Source: Candidatus Limnocylindrales bacterium
GTDB lineage: Bacteria; Chloroflexota; Limnocylindria; Limnocylindrales; CSP1-4
Assembly (NCBI GenBank): GCA_046595595.1
Contig: JBKJOK010000345.1
Coordinates: forward strand, 1 to 41,402
Direction: 5' to 3'
DNA: 41,402 bases
Shown: one piece after another, positions 26,970-35,662 of the stretch
Layout: each line of letters begins with the position of its first letter
How positions within the stretch are numbered: the first letter of the stretch is position 1
The notes under the pieces: model-generated
The model's input: the letters and a program-made list of their open reading frames with translations, nothing else
Databases searched by the model: none
What the model was told of the DNA's origin: nothing
Position numbers and translations under genes: made by a program

Positions 26970-26993
26970 GCGCGGACGATACCGCGCCGGGCG

Positions 26994-28409
26994 TCAGCGG
27001 CGTGCCGGCAGCCCCGCCGACGCCACGACCATCGCGATCGCCACGAGGGCCATGATCCCGAAGCCGAGCGTCACCCCGTCCGCGGTCACGGCCCCACCGA
27101 GGACCGCACCCGCGAGACTCGCCCCGACGACGCCGCCGAGGTAGCGGCCCGTGTAGTACGTCCCGGCAGCCATCCCGATCCGGTCCGGGCCGATGGCATC
27201 GAATGCGGCCGCCTGGCGGGGTGAGCCGGCGAGGCCCATGCCCGCCCCGACGAGCGCCAGGATCAGGCCCAGCCCGATCGCCGATGCGACCGTCGAGAGC
27301 TGCCACAGGATCGCCAGGCCGGCCAGGGCCACGACGGCGCCCAGGACCGCCGGCCCGCGCCGACCCACCCGGTCCGAGAGGCGGCCGCCGAACGGCGCGG
27401 TGATCGCCCCGAGGGCGCTGATGCCGAGCAGGACGAGGCCGCTCGTCTCCGGGCTGCCGCGCTGGAGGACCTCGACGAGGAGCGGGACGATGACCAGCGT
27501 GCCGTGGAGGATGATCGTGGCGCCGAAGACGCCGGCGACCGCCGCCGCGAACGGACGCGACGCGAACAGGCGTGGATCGACGGCCGGGTGCTCGGTCCGC
27601 AGCTCGAACCGGACGAATGCCGCAAGAAGGAGCGGGACCGCGACGGCGGCCACGAGCGCGATCGGGCCGTCGCGGCCGGCGCGCAACGCCACCAGGAGGG
27701 CGACCAGAAGCGCCGCGAGCAGCGCCAGGCCGGGACCGTCGATCGGCCGCCGGGCGGCGACCTCGCCGCGCGCCCGCGCCGCCACGACTGGGTCCGGCCG
27801 GAGGCCCACCGCCAGCGCCGCAACGACCGCCAGCGGGGCGGCAAGCAGGAACATGGCGCGCCAGTCGAAGGCGCCGACGATCAGTCCCCCGACGAGCGGC
27901 CCGAGGGCGGCGCTCGTCGAGACGAGCATGTCGAACAGCCCGAACGCCGCTCCGCGCCGGGCCGGTGGGGCAAGCGCCCGGACGAGGGCAACCGAGCTGG
28001 TCGAGACGAGGGCGCCGCTGGCGGCCTGGAGAACGCGGGCGAGGATCAGGACGCCGAACGCGGGCGCGAGGGCGGCGCCGAGCGAGGCGACACCGAACCC
28101 GGCGACACCGACCAGGAACGCTCGACGGTGACCGAAGCGGTCCCCGACGCTGCCGCTGATCGGGACGGCCACCGCCACCGCACCGAGATAGACGGTCACC
28201 AGCGTCGCCGCGGCGTCGGGCGGAACCGCGAACGCGGCCATCACGCTCGGCAAGCCGACGGCGAGCATCGTCGAGTTGAGGGGCACGAGAATCGCCCCGC
28301 TGGCGATCCCGAGCATCATCGGCGACAGCAGGCGGCCCGGGAGGTGGGTCGGCCCGCGCTCGTCGGGCGGTGGCGGGCTCTCGGAGGCGCTCCCCTGGCC
28401 GATGGTCAC
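26994..28409 (-). CDS. MFS transporter (DHA2-like, about 14 TM)
   Basis: PLNSTMLAVGLP, GSVGDRFGHRR motif A, ARVLQA, GPLVGG and GRLSDRVGRR. GTGA overlap with the upstream gene. Confidence 0.92.
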   Translation of the reverse strand: MTIGQGSASESPPPPDERGPTHLPGRLLSPMMLGIASGAILVPLNSTMLAVGLPSVMAAFAVPPDAAATLVTVYLGAVAVAVPISGSVGDRFGHRRAFLVGVAGFGVASLGAALAPAFGVLILARVLQAASGALVSTSSVALVRALAPPARRGAAFGLFDMLVSTSAALGPLVGGLIVGAFDWRAMFLLAAPLAVVAALAVGLRPDPVVAARARGEVAARRPIDGPGLALLAALLVALLVALRAGRDGPIALVAAVAVPLLLAAFVRFELRTEHPAVDPRLFASRPFAAAVAGVFGATIILHGTLVIVPLLVEVLQRGSPETSGLVLLGISALGAITAPFGGRLSDRVGRRGPAVLGAVVALAGLAILWQLSTVASAIGLGLILALVGAGMGLAGSPRQAAAFDAIGPDRIGMAAGTYYTGRYLGGVVGASLAGAVLGGAVTADGVTLGFGIMALVAIAMVVASAGLPARR

Positions 28410-30034
28410 CCCAGCCTGACCAGGCCGGTCGTTCCGTCGATCTCGATCAGCTGGCCGTCGGCGATCCGGGTCGTCGCGTCACCGGTCCCGACGACCGCCG
28501 CCAGCCCGAATTCACGGGCCACGACCGCGGCGTGCGACAGGACACCACCGGCATCGGTCACGAACCCGCCCGCGATCGAGAAGAGCGGAACCCAGCCTGG
28601 GTTCGATGCGGTCGCGATCACGATGTCGCCCGGCTGGACGCGCTCGAAGTCGTCAGGCCCGTGGACGACCCGGGCCGGCCCGCGAACGATCCCGGTCGAG
28701 GCACCGGTCCCCTTGAGCGTCCGGTCGTCGACCGGGTCGAACCGGGCCCCGTCGAAGCGGTCGGCCTTCGCGCCGGGCTGTGACTCCGACACTCGGCCGA
28801 CCTTGCGTGGCGGGCGGATCGTCGCCTGCGCCGCATGCCGCGCCCGCCGCTCCGCGATGAGCGCGCGTCGATCGAGCGGGTCGCGGATCAGGTCCGCGAT
28901 CTCACTCCGGCGGAGATAGGCCACGTCGTCCGGGCCGGCGAGGACGTCGTCCCGCGCGAGGCGACGGCCCACCCGTCGGCTGAACCGGCGCAGCCGATCG
29001 CCGACCATCCGGTCGATCCAGTAGTTGTGACCCTCGGTCAGCGGTCCGATCTCGCGCGCAGTCGCCAGCAGGGCTTCGAACTCGGCGAGCTCGTCCGGCC
29101 GATCGGCGAGGATCGCGCGAACGGCGTCGGCGCGGGCTTCGGCCGCTGCCGCTCGCCGTGGCCAGCGCTCCTCCGCCCGAGTCACCGGTCGTCCGATGCG
29201 ACGTCCGATCTCGACGAGGAGCGGTCGCGGGTCCTCGTGCCACGACGGGTCCATCAGGTCTTCCCGGACGTGACCGAGGTGGCCGTGACGGGCGAGGAAC
29301 GCCTCGACGGCCGCCGCGAACGGTGGGCCGCCTGGCAGGCCGGCGATCGTGGCCAGATCGGGCGGTGGGTGTGCGCGCAACCGGGCCGCGACCGCCGTCG
29401 AACGACCGGCCTCGGCGGCGACCGCCTCGAGCTCGATCTCGACGTCGCGCAGCTCCGGGATGGTGCCGGCCACGAGCTCCAGCGCCTCCGCTGCCGTCCC
29501 ACCCGCGACGAGGGCCTCGTACCGGTCGGCGAGGTCGTCGAGGACCTGGTACGGACCAGTGATCACATGAAAGTGGATCTGCCATGCGCGCTCGACCAGC
29601 GTCCAGACCCGCTCCCAGGCCGCGACCAGCTCGTCGCGCGGCTCGTCGCCGGAGACGGCGTCGATCTCCCGGTACATCGATTGCAGCTCGGGAAGGGCCC
29701 TCCGCCAGTAGGCAGCCGTGCCCGGGATCAAGGTTCGGCGCATCTCCGGCGCCCGGTCCATCAGCGCCTCGTGTTGATCGGCCGGGGCGTCGATCTTCAG
29801 GGCGAAGTAGGTGTAGCCGTTCCAGACGCGAACGGGGATGGTCGCGGGCAGGCCCATGGCCCGATAGCGGTAGACGATGCCGGCCATGAGCGCCGCCACG
29901 TAGTCCTCGCTGAGGGGCGGGATGGCCCGCGGCATGTGCATGTCGTCCCATTCCCACTCGAGCTCCTCGTCGCCCGATTCCCAGGCGATCGGGAAGTCGG
30001 CGTCGGGTTGGGCGTCAGCCGGGCGCGAGTCCAT
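28406..30034 (-). CDS. PEP-utilizing enzyme: substrate-binding helical domain plus C-terminal swivel phosphohistidine domain
   Basis: LKGTGASTGIVRGPARVV, GDIVIA...PGWVPLF and TDAGGVLSHAAVVAREFG...IDGTTG at the C-terminus. FLARHGH...WHEDP in the middle region, as in RPH-like proteins. Confidence 0.88.
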   Translation of the reverse strand: MDSRPADAQPDADFPIAWESGDEELEWEWDDMHMPRAIPPLSEDYVAALMAGIVYRYRAMGLPATIPVRVWNGYTYFALKIDAPADQHEALMDRAPEMRRTLIPGTAAYWRRALPELQSMYREIDAVSGDEPRDELVAAWERVWTLVERAWQIHFHVITGPYQVLDDLADRYEALVAGGTAAEALELVAGTIPELRDVEIELEAVAAEAGRSTAVAARLRAHPPPDLATIAGLPGGPPFAAAVEAFLARHGHLGHVREDLMDPSWHEDPRPLLVEIGRRIGRPVTRAEERWPRRAAAAEARADAVRAILADRPDELAEFEALLATAREIGPLTEGHNYWIDRMVGDRLRRFSRRVGRRLARDDVLAGPDDVAYLRRSEIADLIRDPLDRRALIAERRARHAAQATIRPPRKVGRVSESQPGAKADRFDGARFDPVDDRTLKGTGASTGIVRGPARVVHGPDDFERVQPGDIVIATASNPGWVPLFSIAGGFVTDAGGVLSHAAVVAREFGLAAVVGTGDATTRIADGQLIEIDGTTGLVRLG

Positions 30035-30041
30035 GGTCCAG

Positions 30042-31055
30042 CTACCGCGCGGTGATCGGACGGGCCTGGAGGAGCAGCCAGCGCCCGCCGGCCCGGGCCG
30101 CCTCGATGTCCACCCGGTCGCCATAGGCTTCGTCGACCGCGATGGCCAGGTCGATCAGCTCATCGAGGGCGGCCTCGTCGAGGGCCGGGCCGGTGCCCGG
30201 ATCGCGCATCTCGACGAGCCCGTCGCGGCCCAGGAAGAGGCGCGGCCCGTCCACTCCGTGGTCGCGCTCGACGACCGCGCGGGTCGCCCGGTCGACGACG
30301 ATCGTGTCCGGTGTCGCGTGACCCGAGACCATCGGCTCCCCAAGCCCTCGGATCGCCGTCACGAGGATCTGGTCGTCGCGGCCGGTCACCGGGTGGCGCG
30401 TGAAGACCACCGCCGAGGCGTCAGCCGGGACGAGGGCCTGGACCACCACGGCCATCGCGGATTCCGTGCAGGACAGTCCGCGCCGGGTCCGGTAGGCGAG
30501 CGCCGGCTGGCTCCAGAGGGATGCCCAGCAGCGCCGGACCGCGCCCTCGACTTCGCCGGGCAGGCGCCCGAGTTCCGTCTCATGGAGCCCGGCGAATGAT
30601 GCGACCACGCCGTCCTCGTCGAGCGCCGACGATCGGACGGCGAGGCGGACGGGACCGCGGATGTCCTCGCCGGATCCGCCGGCGATCGCGAGATCGTCGG
30701 CCAGGCCGCGAACGGCGGCCTCGATCGCGTCCCGGAGAGGAGGCTCCGTGGGCGTTGCCTCGAAGGCATCGATCAAGCTCCGCCGCGACACATCGTCCGG
30801 GAGAGCCGCCAGCCAGCGCCGGGCCGCCGGCTCCCGGCGGAACGTCGCCTCGAGCTGGGCGCGGAACGCCTCCGCCGTGACGCACAGCGCCGGCGGAACG
30901 GCCTGGCCAAGCCGGGTGAGCCGGTCGAGTGACGCTCCCTTGCCGCCGACCGACGCGACGCTCAGGCGCGGCCCGTCGCCGATCCGGACGACCAATCTCT
31001 CCGGGCTCGCCGTGGCGGCCGGTCGGCGGACGCTCGGAGCCTCGACGCGACGCAT
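30042..31055 (-). CDS. Stand-alone PEP/pyruvate-binding (ATP-grasp, PPDK_N) domain protein
   Basis: VGGKGASL, AVRSSALDEDG..SFAGLHET, CWASLW, MAVVVQ, GLGEPMVSG and DIE...LLQARPIT, followed by a stop. Confidence 0.9.
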   Translation of the reverse strand: MRRVEAPSVRRPAATASPERLVVRIGDGPRLSVASVGGKGASLDRLTRLGQAVPPALCVTAEAFRAQLEATFRREPAARRWLAALPDDVSRRSLIDAFEATPTEPPLRDAIEAAVRGLADDLAIAGGSGEDIRGPVRLAVRSSALDEDGVVASFAGLHETELGRLPGEVEGAVRRCWASLWSQPALAYRTRRGLSCTESAMAVVVQALVPADASAVVFTRHPVTGRDDQILVTAIRGLGEPMVSGHATPDTIVVDRATRAVVERDHGVDGPRLFLGRDGLVEMRDPGTGPALDEAALDELIDLAIAVDEAYGDRVDIEAARAGGRWLLLQARPITAR

Positions 31056-31124
31056 GTGGCCGGGACTGTAGCAAACGGATCCGGCGAGAATGTCACCGTC
31101 CGACAGAGGCCGCGGCGGACGCCT

Positions 31125-31460
31125 TCAGCCGGCGAAGGGCAGGAACTCTCCGTCCGGGTCGCGAAGAGCCGGCGTGACCGCGACGATCGATGCGCGGGCC
31201 ATCGGCCCGAAGACATGCGGGTAGATCCGGCCGGGATCCTCCACGTTCCAGCGGCTGCCGACCTGATCCAGGTCGATCGTGAGGACCACGAACGAGCTCG
31301 GGTCCTCTCGATAGTGCCGGTTGGCCGTCGCGACCATTGCCGCGGCTCCGTCCGTGCAGTGGATGAAGCCCTCCGCGTCGAGCGACGGCGCACCGAGCGG
31401 CTCGACCGGGTCGGCGGCCGCCCACCAGTCGGCTGGCGTCAGGTGGTAGGTCAGGCGCAT
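31125..31460 (-). CDS. DUF952 domain protein
   Basis: YHL...W, SLDAEGFIHCT and YPHVFGPM motifs. Confidence 0.88.
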   Translation of the reverse strand: MRLTYHLTPADWWAAADPVEPLGAPSLDAEGFIHCTDGAAAMVATANRHYREDPSSFVVLTIDLDQVGSRWNVEDPGRIYPHVFGPMARASIVAVTPALRDPDGEFLPFAG

Positions 31461-31479
31461 CGCGGAGCGCCGCTCGCCG

Positions 31480-33396
31480 TCACGACCCGGCGACGAAGGC
31501 GCGATCGGGACTGACCCAGCCGCGGTCGAGCGCGACCTGGATGACCGTCGGGCTGTCGTTGGCCAGGGCCTGGCGAAGGGCCTGCTCGAACGCGGCGTCG
31601 GTTTCGACCCGGATCCCGCGCGCACCGCAGGCCCGGGCGATCGCGGCGAAGTCGATCGGCCCGAGGTCGGTCGCGATCGCGCCGTCCGCTCCCCCGCCCC
31701 GCCGATCCTGGTGCATTCGGATCGTCCCGTAGCGCTCGTTGTCGAAGACGACCGCGATGACGTTCGCCTTCTCGCGGACCGCCGTCTCGAGCTCGGCCAT
31801 CGTCATCGCGAAGCCGCCGTCGCCGGCGATCGCCACGACCGCTCGATCGCGGTGGACGAGCGCGGCCGCGATCGCGGCTGGCAGGCCGTAGCCCATCGCG
31901 CCCGAGGTCGGGCCGAGGAACGTGCCCGGCCGCCGGAACCGGAAGTGGCGGGCGACCCACAGCCCGAAGTTGCCAGCATCGGTGGCAACGATCGCGTCGT
32001 CGGGGAGCAGCCGGCGGAGGGTCGCGACGGTATGCCCGGGATGGGCGCCCGGGCCAGTCCACGGGTCGTCGTCGGGCTGGCTGGCGACTTCCCACGCGGC
32101 TCGATCGGCGAGGTTCAGTGCCTGCCGGCGATCTGCGACCGCGGCCTCGAGGACCCCTTCCTGGAGACGGGCGACGGCCGCGCGGAGGAACGCTCGAGCG
32201 TCGGCGACGATCGTTCGCGCCGGCGACGGCAGGCCCGCGCGGCCGCTGAGCGGCTCGACGTCGACGTGCATCCACGCCTGGCCGTCGGCCGGAATCGCGT
32301 AGCCGAACGAGGTGATCTCCGACAGGCGGCAGCCGAGCACGAGGATCGCGTCTGACCGCTCGAGGCGCTCGCGGACGACCGCCGGGCTCCCGTAGCCGGC
32401 CATGCCGAGGTACAGCGGATGGTCGTTCGAGACGACGTCGCCGCGCCGCCAGCCGGCGATGACCGGGACTCGCAGCAGCTCGGCCAGCTTCACCAGGTCG
32501 GTCGACGTCCGGGCGCGCAGAACGCCGCCGCCGGCGAGGAAAACGGGCCGCTCGGCTGAGGCGAGGAACCGGAGCACGGCGGCGACATCGGCAGGTTCCG
32601 GCCGGGCGGGCGCCGGACGCGAGGTGTCGAGCTGGGTGCCCGCCGGCAGCTCCTCGTCGAGGATGTCCTCGGGCAGCGACAGCAGGACCGGGCCCGGTCG
32701 GCCGGTCAGGGCGGCCCGGACGGCATCACCGACCAGGCGCGGAACGTCGGCCACGGCAGTGAGCTCGACGGCATGGGCGGCCAGGCCGCCGATCGTGCCG
32801 GCCTGATCGATCTCCTGGAACGCCTCCCGGCCTCGGAACGCCCGATCGACCTGGCCGACCAGCGCGAACATCGGGGCCGAGTCCTGGCGGGCCGTGTGGA
32901 TGCCGATCGCGAGGTTGGCGGCGCCGACGGCGCGGGTCCCGATCGCGGCGGCCGGACGACCGGTCAGCTGGCCGTGCGCTTCGGCCATGAACGCGGCGCC
33001 CCCCTCGTGACGGGTCGCGACGACGCGGATGCCGGCGGCCTTGAGCCCTTCGAGCAGGCCGAGGAAGCTTTCGCCGGGCACGGTGAACGCATACCGGACA
33101 CCGGCGACGCGGAGAGCGTCGGCAATGAACCGGCCCACGGTTCGCGGGCCCTCGAGCTCGGCTGTGGGCTCCAGCTCGGGCTCGGGCTGCGGCTCGGGTG
33201 CGTCGGGCTCGGGCTGCGGCTCGCGTGCGTCGGGCTCGGGCTGCGGCTCGGGTGCGTCGGGCTCGGGTGTGGGCTCCGGCTCGGGCTCGGCAGCGGGCTC
33301 CGGAACTCGAGGCGCGATCGGCTCCAGCGCGGAGGCCGGGTCCGTGCGCTCGTCGAGGTCCGCGTCGGGGCTCGCCTCCGTGCGCTCGTCGGCCAT
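31480..33396 (-). CDS. Thiamine diphosphate-dependent enzyme (acetolactate synthase large subunit-like) with acidic Pro-rich N-terminal extension
   Basis: VPGESFL, RHEGGAAFMAEA, AFQEID, RPGPV, DAGNF, GAMGYGLPAA and GDGG...N ThDP motif. Confidence 0.9.
   Translation of the reverse strand: MADERTEASPDADLDERTDPASALEPIAPRVPEPAAEPEPEPTPEPDAPEPQPEPDAREPQPEPDAPEPQPEPELEPTAELEGPRTVGRFIADALRVAGVRYAFTVPGESFLGLLEGLKAAGIRVVATRHEGGAAFMAEAHGQLTGRPAAAIGTRAVGAANLAIGIHTARQDSAPMFALVGQVDRAFRGREAFQEIDQAGTIGGLAAHAVELTAVADVPRLVGDAVRAALTGRPGPVLLSLPEDILDEELPAGTQLDTSRPAPARPEPADVAAVLRFLASAERPVFLAGGGVLRARTSTDLVKLAELLRVPVIAGWRRGDVVSNDHPLYLGMAGYGSPAVVRERLERSDAILVLGCRLSEITSFGYAIPADGQAWMHVDVEPLSGRAGLPSPARTIVADARAFLRAAVARLQEGVLEAAVADRRQALNLADRAAWEVASQPDDDPWTGPGAHPGHTVATLRRLLPDDAIVATDAGNFGLWVARHFRFRRPGTFLGPTSGAMGYGLPAAIAAALVHRDRAVVAIAGDGGFAMTMAELETAVREKANVIAVVFDNERYGTIRMHQDRRGGGADGAIATDLGPIDFAAIARACGARGIRVETDAAFEQALRQALANDSPTVIQVALDRGWVSPDRAFVAGS
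33178..33267. repeat. 27-bp in-frame tandem repeat (about 3.3 copies)
   Basis: GGGCTCGGGCTGCGGCTCG(G/C)GTGCGTC at 33178, 33205 and 33232. Encodes DA(P/R)EPQPEP. Confidence 0.9.
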
Positions 33397-33500
33397 CAGG
33401 GCGAGGTGGGCGCGGCAACGACGCCGACGATCAAGCCGGCCACGACGATGACGGCGACGACGGCCATGATCAGGCGGGCGTACCGGGTTCCGGGCATCAT
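33396..33500 (-). CDS. Single-TM micro-protein (about 34 aa)
   Basis: MMPGTRYARLIMAVVAVIVVAGLIVGVVAAPTSP. Starts 7 nt after the yajQ stop, and its TGA overlaps the next ATG (TGATG). Confidence 0.65.
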   Translation of the reverse strand: MMPGTRYARLIMAVVAVIVVAGLIVGVVAAPTSP

Positions 33501-33507
33501 CGGCTGG

Positions 33508-34002
33508 CTACCGGTAGTTCTCGAACTGGAGCGGAACCGGGACGTCTTCCAGCTCGCGCAGCCGGCCGATGACCTTCTGGAGCTCGTCCCGGCTCTTGCC
33601 CGAGACCCGGACCGCATCGCCCTGGATCTGCGGCTTGACCTTCGGGAACTCCTCGCGGATCAGCTTGCTCAGCTTCTTCGCCAGCTCGTCGTTCAGGCCG
33701 CGCCGGAGAGTGATCGCCTGGCGTACCTTGTTGCCACCGGACGGCTCGACCTTGCCCCAGTCGAAGATCTTCAGCGACAGGTTGCGGCGGACCGCCTTCG
33801 ATTCGATCAGGTCCTTGATCGCGGCGGCCCTGTGCTCGTCGTCGGTCACGAGGACGAGCTCGTCCTTGGACTGCTCGAGTTCGACGGTCACGCCCTTGAA
33901 GTCGAACCGCTGGCCGACCTCGCGGCGGACCTGGTCGAGGGCGTTGCGCAACTCCTGCTCGTCGAAGTCGCTGACGACGTCGAAGGACACGTCTCCGGCC
34001 AT
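33508..34002 (-). CDS. yajQ: YajQ-family nucleotide/c-di-GMP-binding protein
   Basis: SFDVVS, RFDFKG, QIQGDAVRVSGKSRDELQ and LQFENYR motifs. GGAGG RBS. Confidence 0.95.
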   Translation of the reverse strand: MAGDVSFDVVSDFDEQELRNALDQVRREVGQRFDFKGVTVELEQSKDELVLVTDDEHRAAAIKDLIESKAVRRNLSLKIFDWGKVEPSGGNKVRQAITLRRGLNDELAKKLSKLIREEFPKVKPQIQGDAVRVSGKSRDELQKVIGRLRELEDVPVPLQFENYR

Positions 34003-34084
34003 GGGCCTCCCTGCGGTACGGCGATCGGCGGCGCGGCGGCTGGCGCGCGATCCGGATGAGGTCCAAGTATGCCCGAACGATCGA

Positions 34085-35662
34085 TCAGCGGGCGGCGAGA
34101 GCCTCGAGCAACAGTTCCCCGATCCGGTAGCTGTGGCCGCCGCCCATGACGAGCACGGCATCGCCGCTCCGGACCTCTCCGGCCAGCCAGGCGGCAGTCT
34201 CCTCGACCGAGCCCGGCGCCGCGACCGGAATCGCGGGGTTGCGGAGGGCGATCGCGGTAGCCAGACCGGCCGCCGACGCGATCGTCGTGTCCGGGTCGCG
34301 GCCAGCCCAGATGTCGGCGATCGCGACCGCGTCGGCCTCGGCGAGGACCGCAGCGAACTGGTCGAACAGAGCCGCCGTGCGGTGGTAGGTTAGGGGTTCG
34401 TAGACGGCCCACACGCGCCGGCCGGGGGCTCGCTGGCGAACGGCGGCGAGGGTCACCCGGATCGCGGTCGGGTGGTGGCCGTAATCGTCGAACACGACCA
34501 CGCCGCCGACCTCGCCCTTGAGCTCCAGCCGGCGCCCGACCCCGCCGAACGACGCGAGCCCGGCCACGATCGCGTCCGAGCCGATGCCCAGGCTCACCGC
34601 CGCCCCGGCGACGCCGAGCGCGTTCGCGGCGTTGTGGCGGCCGGCCGTCGGGAGGCGCGAGAGGAGTGGGCCGCGCAGGTCGTCCAGACCGTGGAGCTCG
34701 AGCGTCGTGGCGTCGGGATCGCTGGCCACGATCCGGCCGAGCAGCGTCCGAGCCGGTCCAAGAGCGGTTGCGTATTGCTCGGCGATCCCCCGGGCGAATG
34801 TGGCCGCGCGCGGGCCGTCGGCGTCGACGAGCGCCGTCGCCACGATCGTCCCAGGCCAGTCGCGGAGCCGCTCGGCCAAGGACGCCGCGCCGCGATCCGC
34901 GACGTTGACGACGGCGATCGGCGCCGGATGGTCGGGACGGCCGGCGTTCAGCGCAGCTGCCCGGAGCCAGCCCTCGAAGGCCGCGATCACCGCTGCCTCG
35001 TCGGCGAACACGTCGGGGTGGTCCCACTCGGCCGAGGTCACGATCGCGATCGCCGGCCGGTACGCGTCGAAGTTGCCGGCGTACTCGTCCGCCTCGACCA
35101 CGAACGCCGGCCCCGCGCCGCGTCGGGCCGTGGCCGGGATGCCGCCGCTGATCGACGCCGGAAGAAGCGCCCCGACGAACGCAGACGGATCGGCGCCGGC
35201 GGCATGGAGGACGTGGACGAGCCAGCCCGCCGACGTGCTCTTGCCGTGCGTCCCGGCGACGCCGACCAGCGTCTTTCCGAGCGCGGCGTCTGCGATCACC
35301 TGTTGCCAGGGCTCGATCGGGATCCCGGCCGTCCGTGCGGCGACGAGCTCCGGATGGTCGGGGTCGATGGCGGTCAGAGCCTTGGTGGCCGCCAGACGGT
35401 CCGGAGCCGGAGAGCGCGTGACGTGGGCCGCGGCATGCTCGCTCGCGATCTCGATCGCGGCGGCCTCGATCGCGGCGGTATACGGGGACGGCCCGCCGGC
35501 ATCGCAGCCATCCGGGGCGGCGCCCGCCCAGGCGGCGTGGAGCACCGCCGCACTCGCGCCTGCCCCGGCGGCGCCAATGACGTGGATCCGCTCCCCTGGC
35601 CGGATCGACCGGGCCGGACGGACGGCGGCGAGCCCGGCGCCGGGCGTGGCGGTGCCAGTCAC
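34085..35662 (-). CDS. murC: UDP-N-acetylmuramate--amino acid ligase (MurC-like, divergent)
   Basis: GVAGTHGKST, VEADE, DHPD, GRHNAANA, GVGRRLE, DDYGHHP and MGGG motifs. Confidence 0.8.
   Translation of the reverse strand: MTGTATPGAGLAAVRPARSIRPGERIHVIGAAGAGASAAVLHAAWAGAAPDGCDAGGPSPYTAAIEAAAIEIASEHAAAHVTRSPAPDRLAATKALTAIDPDHPELVAARTAGIPIEPWQQVIADAALGKTLVGVAGTHGKSTSAGWLVHVLHAAGADPSAFVGALLPASISGGIPATARRGAGPAFVVEADEYAGNFDAYRPAIAIVTSAEWDHPDVFADEAAVIAAFEGWLRAAALNAGRPDHPAPIAVVNVADRGAASLAERLRDWPGTIVATALVDADGPRAATFARGIAEQYATALGPARTLLGRIVASDPDATTLELHGLDDLRGPLLSRLPTAGRHNAANALGVAGAAVSLGIGSDAIVAGLASFGGVGRRLELKGEVGGVVVFDDYGHHPTAIRVTLAAVRQRAPGRRVWAVYEPLTYHRTAALFDQFAAVLAEADAVAIADIWAGRDPDTTIASAAGLATAIALRNPAIPVAAPGSVEETAAWLAGEVRSGDAVLVMGGGHSYRIGELLLEALAAR

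Noticed and set aside
28406-31055. Calling the pair ppsA (PEP synthase) or rph
   Set aside because: There is no pyruvate-binding barrel, the protein is split, and no rifamycin-associated palindrome is visible upstream, so the substrate cannot be assigned.
2930-31055. Antibiotic resistance island (AAC, AlkZ, GNAT, RPH-like, MFS)
   Set aside because: The genes are scattered among metabolic genes with uniform composition and no integrase, transposase or boundary repeats.
33178-33267. Possible CRISPR array
   Set aside because: Contiguous in-frame 27-bp units without spacers inside a CDS, and no cas genes.
31480-33396. Gene symbol ilvB
   Set aside because: No ilvN/ilvC neighbours; the family is clear but the specific reaction is not.
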